From contig JBBIPC010000014.1 in assembly GCA_037443035.1 (NCBI GenBank), positions 1 through 64,000 on the forward strand: DNA of 64,000 nt. Reading direction: 5' to 3'. A program made the position numbers and the translations under genes. Source of the stretch: Chthonomonadales bacterium (GTDB lineage: Bacteria > Armatimonadota > Chthonomonadetes > Chthonomonadales > CAJBBX01). The notes under the pieces are model-generated. The model did no database searches and was not told the DNA's origin. It was given only the letters and a program-made list of their open reading frames with translations. How positions within the stretch are numbered: the stretch's first letter is position 1; every line of letters starts with the position of its first letter. Positions 29,745 to 39,296 of this stretch are shown one piece after another.

Positions 29745-30611
29745 GTGACAGCAGAGTTCGGAGGACTGCTGGAACCTCTGAGCGTCATCCGGGCCATCGA
29801 GGACAACCTCGTGGAGTGGTACAGACTCCTCGTGCGGCTGCTTCCGGGTGCCGAGATCATCGAGGAGCCGGACATGGTTCGAACGGTAGTGCCGATCGAC
29901 CATCCGGTGTTCAACGCAATACTCCAGGCTCGGTTCGCTCACGGCACAACGGCCAAGCGCATCGCTGATGCTGTGGAGCCTCTGCGTCAGCGGGAGCTGC
30001 CAGGGATGTGGTGGGTCGGGCCATCCACTCACCCAATTGACCTCGCAGCGCGCCTGCCAGCCTTCGGCTTTCTTCCGACCGATACGCTCGTGGGAATGGC
30101 CATGGACCTGCACCAAGCGGCCTGGAAGAAGGTCGTACCGACCGTCTCTCTCGAGCAGACCGTGACGGAGGCAACCAGCGCCAGCGAACTGCTCGCGTGG
30201 TCGCTTCCCTTTTCGGACGGCTTCGGGATGCGATCGGGCACTCTGGCGGCCCTTGCTCCGGTGGCGTCGGTCGTTCCATCCGAAGCGGAGCGTCGTGTTG
30301 CCGGCGACGCACAACGGCGCCCGCACATGCGTTTCTTCCTGGGGCGTGTGGGGAACGAGCCCGTTGCCTCGGCGATGCTGTTCGTCGGCGCTGGTGTGGC
30401 TGGCCTCTACGGAGTGGCAACGGTTTCGCAGCATCGCAACCGTGGGCATGCTACGGCGCTGATACGGGCCGTACTGGATGTTGCCAGCAGCGAGGGTATC
30501 CGCACATGCATCCTCCATGCGACGCCCATGGCTGTGTCTGTGTACCGACGGCTGGGTTTTGTGGAATACTGCCGCCTTAGAACACTCACCTGGCAGCCTC
30601 GCGACACATGA
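29745..30611 (+). CDS. GNAT acetyltransferase
   Basis: C-terminal VATVSQHRNRGHA and YRRLGF motifs. Confidence 0.85.
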   Translation: MTAEFGGLLEPLSVIRAIEDNLVEWYRLLVRLLPGAEIIEEPDMVRTVVPIDHPVFNAILQARFAHGTTAKRIADAVEPLRQRELPGMWWVGPSTHPIDLAARLPAFGFLPTDTLVGMAMDLHQAAWKKVVPTVSLEQTVTEATSASELLAWSLPFSDGFGMRSGTLAALAPVASVVPSEAERRVAGDAQRRPHMRFFLGRVGNEPVASAMLFVGAGVAGLYGVATVSQHRNRGHATALIRAVLDVASSEGIRTCILHATPMAVSVYRRLGFVEYCRLRTLTWQPRDT

Positions 30612-30674
30612 CGGCCAGCGAGAGGATCTTCCCGTACCCATCTGTGGTCGGGCAGCAATCAGGGAACACAACAC

Positions 30675-31829
30675 ATGGCTGAGGAAATGCCAGCCGGCCA
30701 GACTGAGGGCTCGGTCGGTATCGTCGAGCGGCGCTATTACACGTTCGGCTCCGCCGCTGAGCCGTTCGTCCTGGAGAACGGCGCGACGCTCGATGAGGTC
30801 ACAACCTGTTACGAGATGTACGGTGAGCTGAACGCCGCAGGTGACAACGTGATTCTCATCGAACACGGGCTGACAGGCAGCTCCCACGCGGCAGGGAAGT
30901 TCAAGCCGGACAGTCCCTATGCCGGGTATTGGGATCAGATCATCGGCAGCGGGCGCGCTCTGGATACCGACCGCTATTGCATCATCGCCCCTAACGCTCT
31001 CGGCGGATGCAGAGGTACGACGGGCCCGTCGTCGACGAACCCACGCACAAGCAGACCGTACGGTTCGTCCTTTCCAACGATAACCATTCGGGATATGGTG
31101 CGCGCCCAGCGGCCTCTGCTCGAGCATCTGGGTGTTCGGCGTTTGAAGCTCGTCATCGGTGCGTCCATGGGCGGCATGCAGGCGTACGAGTGGGCAGTGA
31201 CGTTTCCCGAGATGGTGGACGCTATCTGTCCGGTCGGTTCCAGCCCTCGCCAGTCCGCCATGGCCATCGCCTTCAATCACTGCATGCGGCGGGCCATTTT
31301 CACCGATCCGTGCTGGCAAGGAGGCGACTACTACGACACTGAAGGGCCCCGGGCAGGGTTAGCCGTGGCACGGATGATCGGTCACATCACCTATCTGTGC
31401 GAGGGCGTATTCGAACAGAAGTTTGGGCTGCGTGCCACCCGCCCCTATCCACATCCGGAACCGCCGAACTATGCCCGTTTCGAAGTGGAGGAGTACTTGG
31501 ACGAGGAAGGCCGGAAGCTGGTTCATCGCTTCGACGCTAACAGCTACGTCTGCGTTAGCAGGGCCATTGACCTCCACGATATCAGCCGCGGTTACGCCAG
31601 CATGGAGGCGGCGTACCGACGCATCCGTGCCAAGTGTCTCCTCATCGGTATCCGCTCCGACTTCCTCTTCCCTCCTGCAAGCATTCTTCAGACACTTAGG
31701 GAGCTCCAAGCAGCAGGAGTCGATGCACGCTACTGGGAAATGGATTCCGACTACGGTCACGATGCGTTCCTGGAAGAGCAGACGAAACTGACGGAACCGC
31801 TGCGGCAGTTTCTCATGGAACTCACCTGA
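30675..31829 (+). CDS. metX: Homoserine O-acyltransferase MetX
   Basis: HGLTGSSH, GGCRGTTGP, GASMGG, RFDANSY, YGHDAFL. Confidence 0.93.
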   Translation: MAEEMPAGQTEGSVGIVERRYYTFGSAAEPFVLENGATLDEVTTCYEMYGELNAAGDNVILIEHGLTGSSHAAGKFKPDSPYAGYWDQIIGSGRALDTDRYCIIAPNALGGCRGTTGPSSTNPRTSRPYGSSFPTITIRDMVRAQRPLLEHLGVRRLKLVIGASMGGMQAYEWAVTFPEMVDAICPVGSSPRQSAMAIAFNHCMRRAIFTDPCWQGGDYYDTEGPRAGLAVARMIGHITYLCEGVFEQKFGLRATRPYPHPEPPNYARFEVEEYLDEEGRKLVHRFDANSYVCVSRAIDLHDISRGYASMEAAYRRIRAKCLLIGIRSDFLFPPASILQTLRELQAAGVDARYWEMDSDYGHDAFLEEQTKLTEPLRQFLMELT

Positions 31830-31873
31830 CGCGGGCGGAGGGGGAGGAGCCTGGATTCGCGAGGGGGTGTGAG

Positions 31874-32644
31874 TTGGCTCTCGACAACAAGAATGTGCTG
31901 GCGCTCATGCCGCATCCAGATGACATGGAGATCCTGTGTGCGGGCACGCTCCTGTTGCTGGCCAGAGCCGGCTGCAGGATCTACGTGATGACCATGACGG
32001 CCGGTGACCAGGGATCTCCTGACAGGCCCAGGGAGGAGATCGCGGCAATCCGACGTGAAGAAGCGAAGCGTGGCGCGGCAACCATCGGTGCGACCTACGA
32101 GTGCCTCGGCTTCGACGATGTTCGGATTGTCTTCGACAACCCCTCGAGGGAGCGCGTCATTGCAGCCGTTCGGCGCGCGAATCCCTTCCTTGTCATCACC
32201 ACCTCACCCGATGACTACATGTACGATCACATCATCACCTCGCAGCTCGTTCGGGATGCGACATTCACAGCGCCCATGCCGAACTACGCAACTGCTGGCA
32301 ATGAATCCCCCATAGCGACGGTGCCCTATCTCTATTATGCGGATCCTATCGGGGGGGAAGACATGTTCGGCAATGCGGTGCGCCCAACGACGGTCATCGC
32401 CGTTTCTGAGGTAATGGATACGAAACGCAAGGCGTTGGCCTGCCACGAGAGCCAGCGTACTTGGCTTCGCGCTCAACACGGCATGGATGATTACATCCAG
32501 ACAATGGAGCGCTGGAACGCCAATCGGGGTCGCGACATAGGTGTGGCCTATGCCGAAGGGTTTCGCCAGCACCGTGGGCACCCGTATCCGTCGGATGACG
32601 TCCTGCTACGCCTGACGCTCGGCATGGTAAGCGCGCCCGAATAG
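31874..32644 (+). CDS. PIG-L/LmbE family deacetylase
   Basis: PHPDDME, MTAGD, DYMYDH, CHESQ, YAEGF. Confidence 0.9.
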   Translation: MALDNKNVLALMPHPDDMEILCAGTLLLLARAGCRIYVMTMTAGDQGSPDRPREEIAAIRREEAKRGAATIGATYECLGFDDVRIVFDNPSRERVIAAVRRANPFLVITTSPDDYMYDHIITSQLVRDATFTAPMPNYATAGNESPIATVPYLYYADPIGGEDMFGNAVRPTTVIAVSEVMDTKRKALACHESQRTWLRAQHGMDDYIQTMERWNANRGRDIGVAYAEGFRQHRGHPYPSDDVLLRLTLGMVSAPE

Positions 32645-32667
32645 CATAAGCAGAAGGAGGTTCCGAC

Positions 32668-33597
32668 ATGGCACGACCTCTCAGCAAGATAGCTCCGGAC
32701 TGGTGGGATTACACCACTCTGGACCCGGAGTTGCTCAGCGATGCGGCCAAGCTGACCGTAGAAGATGTCGAGCAACTCAGCCGCCCCGGATTCACGGTCA
32801 CCATGTACGACACGCTGGAGGAGTTCTACTTGGCGGAGGCATTGGAGTACATCCACGCCTGGCGGCAAGCGACCCCCGACAACCCCGCCGGCATCTGTGG
32901 GCCCATTGGACCCACGGAGCAACTCCCGCTGGTGGCCCAGATCGTCAACGCCCTGGATCTGAAGCTCCATGACGCTCACTTCTGGGGCATGGACGAGTGG
33001 TACATGCATGGCAAGGAGGTCCCAACGGATCATCCCCTCTCGTTCGAGCGTGCCGACCGCGAGTTGTGCTTCAGCCGTATCCGTCCAGAACTCGTCATGC
33101 CGGACTCTAACTTGCACTTCCCGAAAGCAGACCCCACCGAATACGAGCGGTCGTGGGGAGGTGTCCGGTGTGTCATCATGCAGGGCGGGCAGGGAGAGGT
33201 CAAGCACTGGGCCTTCAACGATCCGCCACGGAGGCAAGGTCCATACCGCGACGCACCGCCGACACCGGACGAGTACAGAAAGCTGGGCACACGCGTTGTG
33301 GAGCTGCATCCACTGACGCTAATCCAGAACGCACGGACCTCGGGCGGCGGCCAACTTGCACTCGTGCCAACGCACGCTATCTCCGTGGGACCGAAGCAGA
33401 CATGGATGGCGGAGTGCGTGTCCATCTGGCATGCCGGCAACCATGACAACCCGTTCGGACAGCGCCTGACTGCCCTGATGATCTCCAAGCGTATCGCCGA
33501 TGCCTCTGTGCCCATGTCCCTCCTGGCCGATCACCCCAACGTGCGATTCAACTACTATCGTTTCGGCCTGGGAACATGCGAAACGGAGATGCACTGA
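32668..33597 (+). CDS. Glucosamine-6-phosphate deaminase/isomerase-like (NagB superfamily) protein
   Basis: [48 protein letters not shown]. Confidence 0.75.
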   Translation: MARPLSKIAPDWWDYTTLDPELLSDAAKLTVEDVEQLSRPGFTVTMYDTLEEFYLAEALEYIHAWRQATPDNPAGICGPIGPTEQLPLVAQIVNALDLKLHDAHFWGMDEWYMHGKEVPTDHPLSFERADRELCFSRIRPELVMPDSNLHFPKADPTEYERSWGGVRCVIMQGGQGEVKHWAFNDPPRRQGPYRDAPPTPDEYRKLGTRVVELHPLTLIQNARTSGGGQLALVPTHAISVGPKQTWMAECVSIWHAGNHDNPFGQRLTALMISKRIADASVPMSLLADHPNVRFNYYRFGLGTCETEMH

Positions 33598-33655
33598 GAG
33601 GGATGCCGCGCCACAGGGCTGGAAGCCCACGGAAGGGCGGGAGGTCGCTGGCTGC

Positions 33656-34414
33656 ATGAGTGGAGAGGAAAGACCACTGCGCGGACAGGTAGCGCTCGTG
33701 ACGGGAGGAGCCAGACGTCTCGGTAGGGCCGTCGCAGAGGCTCTGGCTCAAGAAGGTGTCCATGTGGTCGTCCATTACAAGACGTCCGGTGACGAGGCGC
33801 GTGAGGCAGTAGCGCGCCTGCGGGATCGCGGCGTAGAAGCATGGGCCGTTCGGGGGCACCTCGAGGACCCAGAAGAGGCGGCCGGACTGTTGCCACGCGC
33901 GGTGGAGCTTTGCGGCAGACCCGTGGACATCCTCATCAACTCCGCAAGCATCTTCGAAACGAGCCGGGTCCTGGAGTTCGAACCTGAGGAGCTGGAAAGG
34001 AACGTGCGGGTCAATGCACTGGCGCCGCTATTGCTGGCCCGCTCGTTAGCGGCACAACAGCGGCCGGGTCAGATCATCAACTTTCTGGACACGCGGGTGG
34101 TCGAGTACGACCGGCTTCACGCGGCCTACCACCTGAGCAAACGCATGTTGTTCTCGTTGACGCGCATGCTGGCGTTGGAGCTGGCGCCAGCCATCCGGGT
34201 GAATGCCGTGGCGCCTGGTCTCATCTTGCCGCCTCCAGACCGCGACGAAGCATATCTCGATGCGCTCGCTCGCAGTCTGCCTCTGCGCCGGCATGGCGTA
34301 ACCGCGGACGTCGTTCGCGCAGTGCTGTTCCTGCTGCACAGTGACTTCGTCACTGGGCAGATCCTCTATCTCGATGGCGGCCAGCACCTCATGGGGAGCA
34401 TGTATGGAGCCTAG
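33656..34414 (+). CDS. SDR oxidoreductase, pteridine reductase (FolM/PTR1)-like
   Basis: TGGARRLG, NSASIF, YHLSK, VNAVAPG; overlaps folB. Confidence 0.85.
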   Translation: MSGEERPLRGQVALVTGGARRLGRAVAEALAQEGVHVVVHYKTSGDEAREAVARLRDRGVEAWAVRGHLEDPEEAAGLLPRAVELCGRPVDILINSASIFETSRVLEFEPEELERNVRVNALAPLLLARSLAAQQRPGQIINFLDTRVVEYDRLHAAYHLSKRMLFSLTRMLALELAPAIRVNAVAPGLILPPPDRDEAYLDALARSLPLRRHGVTADVVRAVLFLLHSDFVTGQILYLDGGQHLMGSMYGA

Positions 34415-34775
34415 GCATCTGGACCGCATTCACATCGGCGACCTCCTTGTGCGTTCCATCATCGGCATTCGTGACTGGGAGCGATCCGAGCGGCAGAATG
34501 TCATCCTGAATATCACCCTTCATGCCGACTTGAGCCTGCCATGCCACACCGACGACATCCGGGACACGGTGGACTATGTCACGATCAAGAAGCGCATAGT
34601 GGAGCGCGTGGAGGACGGCTCCTTCTACCTGTTAGAGAGGCTTGCGGAAGTGGTGGCAGAAGCCTGTCTGGAGGATCCACGTGTCGAGCGCGTGGACGTG
34701 CGCGCCGACAAGCCGGGTGCGCTACGCTTCGCTCGGACGGTGGCGGTGGAGATCACGCGTCACCGACAGCAGTAG
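34404..34775 (+). CDS. folB: Dihydroneopterin aldolase
   Basis: IGIRDWER, TVDY, LLERLAE, KPGALRFA. Confidence 0.92.
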   Translation: MEPRHLDRIHIGDLLVRSIIGIRDWERSERQNVILNITLHADLSLPCHTDDIRDTVDYVTIKKRIVERVEDGSFYLLERLAEVVAEACLEDPRVERVDVRADKPGALRFARTVAVEITRHRQQ

Positions 34776-34811
34776 GCCGGCCGCCGTCACCTTGACGAAG
34801 GCGTCTGCGCT

Positions 34812-35657
34812 TCAGTAGGATCCCTGTGCCATAGCTTGCAGGCGGGCGATCCGGTCCGACGTATGAGGATGCGTCCGGAAGAGACCGGCAATGCTCTTGA
34901 GAAGATCTCCGCCCATGGGGTTCACGATGTACATCTGACTTGCTGCCGGGTTCACTTCCATGGGCATGCGCTCTGCTGCGTATTCGATCTTCTGCAATGC
35001 CGACGCCAGTGCCAGGGGCTTGCCGGTGATCCGGGCGGATCCTTCGTCGGCGCCATACTCTCGAGATCTGGAGATGGCTAGCTGGATGAGCATGGCCGCA
35101 AGCGGCGCCACGATGAAGACAAGAAGAAGCCCCAGCGGGCTTGGGCCTTCGTCGCGGTCGTTACCGCGGCTGAACCACGCCAGATACTGCAGCATGGATA
35201 TCGCACCAGCGATCGTGGCGGCGATGCTACTGATGAGAATGTCGCGATTCTTGACGTGAGCGATCTCATGGGCGATGACACCCTCGATCTCGTCTTCGTC
35301 GAGCATCTCCAGGAGACCCTGCGTTACTGCCACCGCAGCATTGCCGGGCCCACGCCCAGTGGCAAACGCGTTCGGCTGCTGCACCGGGATGATATGCACG
35401 CTGGGCTTGGGAATGCCCGCGTTCCGAGCACAGCGGGCCACGATCGCATGGAGCTGGGGGAACTCCCTTTCGCTTACGGCCTGTGCACCGCTGGACATAA
35501 GCGCGATCTTATCGCTGAACCAATACGCCACCATGTTGGTCGCCAGTGCAAACAGGAAACCAAGGATCATGCCACTTTCGCCGCCGATAGCTTGACCGGC
35601 TAGCATGAACAGGCCGAAGAGCGCAGCCATAAGCACGGTTGTCTTCAGTGAGTTCAT
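34812..35657 (-). CDS. htpX: Zinc metalloprotease HtpX
   Basis: PNAFATGR, AHEIAH, SRSREYGAD, FRTHP. Confidence 0.95.
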   Translation of the reverse strand: MNSLKTTVLMAALFGLFMLAGQAIGGESGMILGFLFALATNMVAYWFSDKIALMSSGAQAVSEREFPQLHAIVARCARNAGIPKPSVHIIPVQQPNAFATGRGPGNAAVAVTQGLLEMLDEDEIEGVIAHEIAHVKNRDILISSIAATIAGAISMLQYLAWFSRGNDRDEGPSPLGLLLVFIVAPLAAMLIQLAISRSREYGADEGSARITGKPLALASALQKIEYAAERMPMEVNPAASQMYIVNPMGGDLLKSIAGLFRTHPHTSDRIARLQAMAQGSY

Positions 35658-35851
35658 CGTCGCCCCTCCGTTCGCAGGTTTGCAGTCTACACTACCATTA
35701 CGTTCCTGCAGAAGAGGAAGTGTCACCGTCTGGCGCGTGTCGGCCGGCCCAGAACGTGGCGGGGTAAGCTGAGTCCATAACTCCCTGTGCGCTGGTCGCA
35801 CGGGGGGCTGCGCTTTGTCGTTGCGCACTGCATATGGGAGGTGGTTCCGTC

Positions 35852-37261
35852 ATGAGTGCCTGGCTGTCCCTATCGGTCTTCGCGTTTGCTGTGACTGTTC
35901 TCGCGTCCATACCGGCCGCAAGCGAGCCTCTGAAGCTTCATCCCATGAATCCCCATTACTTCCTGTTTCGTGGCAAGCCCACTGTGGTGATCGGATCGGG
36001 CGAGCACTACGGCGCAGTCCTCAATCTCGACTTCGATTACGTCCGCTACCTCGAGGAGCTGGCACGGAATCGGCTGAACCACACGCGCACCTTCAGCGGC
36101 GTCTACTGCGAACCGTATGGTGCGTTCAACATCGCCAGGAACACACTCGCACCTGCTCCTGGGAGATACTGTGCACCGTGGGCTCGCTCAGACAAGCCCG
36201 GCTACGCGAACGGAGGCAATCTTTTCGACCTGAGCCGTTGGGACGCGGCCTACTTCGCACGCCTCCACGACTTCCTCTCCCGAGCATCGCGGAAGGGCGT
36301 GATTGTGGAGCTGAACCTCTTCTGTCCCTTCTATGAGGAGGCCATGTGGAGGCTCAGCCCTATGAACGCCATCAACAACATCAACAACGTAGGGAAGGTG
36401 GGACGAACGGATGTCTATACGTTGGACAGGAACGGAGGACTGCTAGCGGTGCAGGAGGCGTTCGTGCGCAAGGTCGTGACAGAGGTGAACGGCTACGACA
36501 ACGTCTATTTCGAGATCTGCAACGAGCCGTACTTTGGCGGTGTCACGATGGAATGGCAGCGACACATAGCCGACGTGATCGCCGAGACTGAAAGGGCGAT
36601 GCCGAACCGCCACCTCGTTTCCATGAACATCGCCAACGGCTCAGCAAGAGTAGATGAGCCGCATCCAGCGGTCTCCATCCTGAACTTCCACTATGCTTCT
36701 CCTCCCGACGCCGTCACGACGAACTACCACCTCAACCTTGCCATTGGCGACAACGAGACGGGATTCAAGGGAACGGGTGATACCCACTACAGGATGGAAG
36801 CCTGGGAGTTCTTCCTCGCAGGTGGGGCTCTGTTCAGTCACCTGGACTACTCGTTCGCTGCCGGGCACGAAGACGGCACGTTCCAGTACCCGCCGACCCA
36901 GCCCGGAGGGGGGAACGCAGCCTTCCGGCGCCAGATGCGAGTACTGAGGGACTTCATCGAGAGCTTCGACTTCGTGCGGATGCGGCCGGAAACGGGTCTT
37001 GTGAAGCGGCTGCCCCAAGGATGGCATGCTCGTGCTCTAGCAGAAGCCGGCCGACAGTACGCCGTGTACTTCTTCGGCAAAGGCAATGGCGAAGTCGCCC
37101 TGGACTTGCCCAAGGGACGCTACCGGGTCCGGTGGGTAAGCACTACGGATGGTACGGTGGTGAGTTCACGGACAGTTGGCCACGAAGGCGGCGTCTGTGC
37201 CTTCCAGGTCCCTAAGCATGCGGAGGACGTGGCACTTAGCGTGAAGGCCGTTTCTCGCTGA
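35852..37261 (+). CDS. Secreted glycoside hydrolase-like protein (clan GH-A) with C-terminal beta domain
   Basis: Signal peptide; EICNEP acid/base motif and DNETG nucleophile-like motif. Confidence 0.7.
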   Translation: MSAWLSLSVFAFAVTVLASIPAASEPLKLHPMNPHYFLFRGKPTVVIGSGEHYGAVLNLDFDYVRYLEELARNRLNHTRTFSGVYCEPYGAFNIARNTLAPAPGRYCAPWARSDKPGYANGGNLFDLSRWDAAYFARLHDFLSRASRKGVIVELNLFCPFYEEAMWRLSPMNAINNINNVGKVGRTDVYTLDRNGGLLAVQEAFVRKVVTEVNGYDNVYFEICNEPYFGGVTMEWQRHIADVIAETERAMPNRHLVSMNIANGSARVDEPHPAVSILNFHYASPPDAVTTNYHLNLAIGDNETGFKGTGDTHYRMEAWEFFLAGGALFSHLDYSFAAGHEDGTFQYPPTQPGGGNAAFRRQMRVLRDFIESFDFVRMRPETGLVKRLPQGWHARALAEAGRQYAVYFFGKGNGEVALDLPKGRYRVRWVSTTDGTVVSSRTVGHEGGVCAFQVPKHAEDVALSVKAVSR

Positions 37262-37338
37262 GCTTGCCTTCTCCTGGACGCGTACGTCTCCCACGGTAAA
37301 AGGCCATACTGCCTGATTGCTGACAAGCCAACATGAAG

Positions 37339-37370
37339 AGGGCCCGGCCTCCGCTCAAGTACCGGGCCCT
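37339..37370 (-). terminator. Putative intrinsic terminator between convergent genes
   Basis: AGGGCCCGG...CCGGGCCCT stem followed by CTTCATGTT on the minus strand. Confidence 0.5.
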
Positions 37371-37383
37371 GCGTCCACCTCGC

Positions 37384-37632
37384 CTACTTGCCAGGGTTGT
37401 ACTGAGCCTGCCCTCCAGGCGGCGCGCCGGGTAGCATGGGCGCTCCGCCTTGGATCTGCGGACCAGTGCCAGCCTGTCCAGCGGGTAGCTGGCCCGGTTG
37501 AAGAGGCGTGCCCGTCATGATGGGCGGCGGCGGCTTGAACCGCCCGCTGCCGGTGCTCTTGAAGAGGAAGTAACCCGCGATTAGCACCACCAGCACGATA
37601 ATGGCGATCGCGACCGGCGGCTTGATCTCCAC
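37384..37632 (-). CDS. Small single-pass membrane protein with Pro/Gly/Gln-rich tail
   Basis: N-terminal TM helix, AAGGAG upstream, directly after the DUF1559 gene. Confidence 0.7.
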   Translation of the reverse strand: MEIKPPVAIAIIVLVVLIAGYFLFKSTGSGRFKPPPPIMTGTPLQPGQLPAGQAGTGPQIQGGAPMLPGAPPGGQAQYNPGK

Positions 37633-37654
37633 CTCAGACTCCTTGCTCTACGCT

Positions 37655-38404
37655 CTAGACGTCGTACGGATCGCTGGGGAAGTGCCAGTGATGACCTTGG
37701 AAGAACCAGTTCAGGTCGTAGTACTGAACGCCCAGCGGCGTCACGAATGGCACGTTGATGTACTTGACGTGCCCATCGTAGAACGCGGCGTTGGAGGCCT
37801 TTGTGCCCGTGTTGGTTCCGTTCCAAGCGTACGGATCGGCGCCGCCGTGATGCCACATCTCCTCGATGAAGACAGCTAGCTGCGCCGGCCGCATGACGAC
37901 GGACATACGGACCACGCCAAAGCCCGATGCGACATAGGCATCATGGGCATGGCGCATGTAGTAGGAGCCTCGCTCGTTGCCGCTGATCCAGCGGTCCACC
38001 AGGTTGTCACTGGGACATCGGAACAACTGCGCGTTCTTGACGTAGGGGTTCAGGCGCAGAGGATAGCCCGCCAGCACCTTCGTGGTCGTACCCGTACCGG
38101 GATAGTAAAGTCGGATGCCCCAGCAGGTGATGTGAAGCGCGCCCTGGTAGGGAGTCGCCGGATGCGTGCATCCACCCCCGTCCAGCGCATCGGTCGTGAT
38201 CTGCGAGTCGGGATACGCCTCGTCATAGTCGCTAGCGTACATCTGCAAGGCAAGCCCGATCTGCTTGAGGTTGCTCAGACAAGAAGTCTTCCTTGCTTGC
38301 TCCCTAGCTCGAGCAAAGACTGGGAACAGGATCGCCGCCAGGATGGCAATGATGGCGATCACCACTAGCAGCTCGATCAGCGTGAAGCCCGTCCGACGTC
38401 TCAT
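37655..38404 (-). CDS. DUF1559 prepilin-type N-terminal cleavage/methylation protein
   Basis: [55 protein letters not shown]. Confidence 0.92.
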   Translation of the reverse strand: MRRRTGFTLIELLVVIAIIAILAAILFPVFARAREQARKTSCLSNLKQIGLALQMYASDYDEAYPDSQITTDALDGGGCTHPATPYQGALHITCWGIRLYYPGTGTTTKVLAGYPLRLNPYVKNAQLFRCPSDNLVDRWISGNERGSYYMRHAHDAYVASGFGVVRMSVVMRPAQLAVFIEEMWHHGGADPYAWNGTNTGTKASNAAFYDGHVKYINVPFVTPLGVQYYDLNWFFQGHHWHFPSDPYDV

Positions 38405-38497
38405 TCGGAATCCTCCCTTTCCGTAGTGCATAGGGTTACCGCTGCTGCACCCCCAGGAGTGCCTTCGTCCTGCGCTGTGCACGAATTCAGTGAATTC

Positions 38498-38526
38498 AGT
38501 ATAGAACACCCATGGGGCGTTGTCAA
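38498..38526 (-). promoter_or_regulatory. Sigma70 promoter of the DUF1559 gene
   Basis: TTGACA-N17-TATACT on the minus strand. Confidence 0.7.
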
Positions 38527-38548
38527 GATGAAAGTGCGAAAACGGCAC

Positions 38549-39034
38549 CTACCGCAGGTAGCGCCGCAGCTCTTCCTGATGGCTGAACAGAACGGCCATG
38601 AGAGAGTACTCGTGCCAGGTGAGAAACGCCTCGAGCTCCTCCCAGGTGAGCGTATCGATGAAGGTCATCTGTGTCTGGTACGCGAGGTCGCCGTCTCGGT
38701 CCACGTAGAAACCGCCCGTGTTGTACTCATTGTTCAACTGATTGACCAGCTCGATCAGGCTGCTCCTCGATATGCCCGGCTGCGATGCCCAGAACTCGTG
38801 GACGACGATCCGGTCCAGGCCACCGCTCTGCACCTTCGGGGCTAACGCGAACTTGCGCATGTGGTATTCGATCATCACCGCGCCGGGCGTCTCCCGCAAG
38901 ACATCGATTTCATGGTCGCGAAGGAAGCTCGCGAGCTTCTGGACCGCGATCTCATCCACGTCCCCGGAGAGATCGAGCACCTCCCTGCCGCCTCCACCGC
39001 CTGAAGGTCCCAGCGGATCATTGTAGAACGACAT
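38549..39034 (-). CDS. YbjN-like (T3SS chaperone fold) protein
   Basis: LIELVNQLNNEY...GFYVDRDGDL pattern. Confidence 0.65.
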   Translation of the reverse strand: MSFYNDPLGPSGGGGGREVLDLSGDVDEIAVQKLASFLRDHEIDVLRETPGAVMIEYHMRKFALAPKVQSGGLDRIVVHEFWASQPGISRSSLIELVNQLNNEYNTGGFYVDRDGDLAYQTQMTFIDTLTWEELEAFLTWHEYSLMAVLFSHQEELRRYLR

Positions 39035-39165
39035 GGCGATAACCTCTTTTCTAGCTCCACATGGAGCTTGCTTTGCCGACGGCACGGGGCTTTCTCTCGC
39101 CGTGTCGTACTGGGTACGGGCTTATGGCGATCCCTACTGGTCGCATCGCCCTCAGGCATTGATGC

Positions 39166-39194
39166 AGTGTAACATGAAAAGCTGCGTTATGCAA
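39166..39194 (-). promoter_or_regulatory. Putative sigma70 promoter upstream of the YbjN-like gene
   Basis: TTGCAT-N17-TACACT with TG extension. Confidence 0.5.
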
Positions 39195-39296
39195 GGCGGG
39201 TTTTCGGCGTTCCACGGCCACACACTTCCCGCGATCATATGCCCCGACGACGCTAGGTTAGGGCGTGTTCTCTGCTACCTGCTACTTGACGGTTGT

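Noticed and set aside
30612..30674. SAM riboswitch upstream of metX
   Set aside because: Only 63 bp, with no recognisable SAM-I/II core
29739..31319. 526-aa minus-strand ORF
   Set aside because: Antisense to the well-supported GNAT and metX genes
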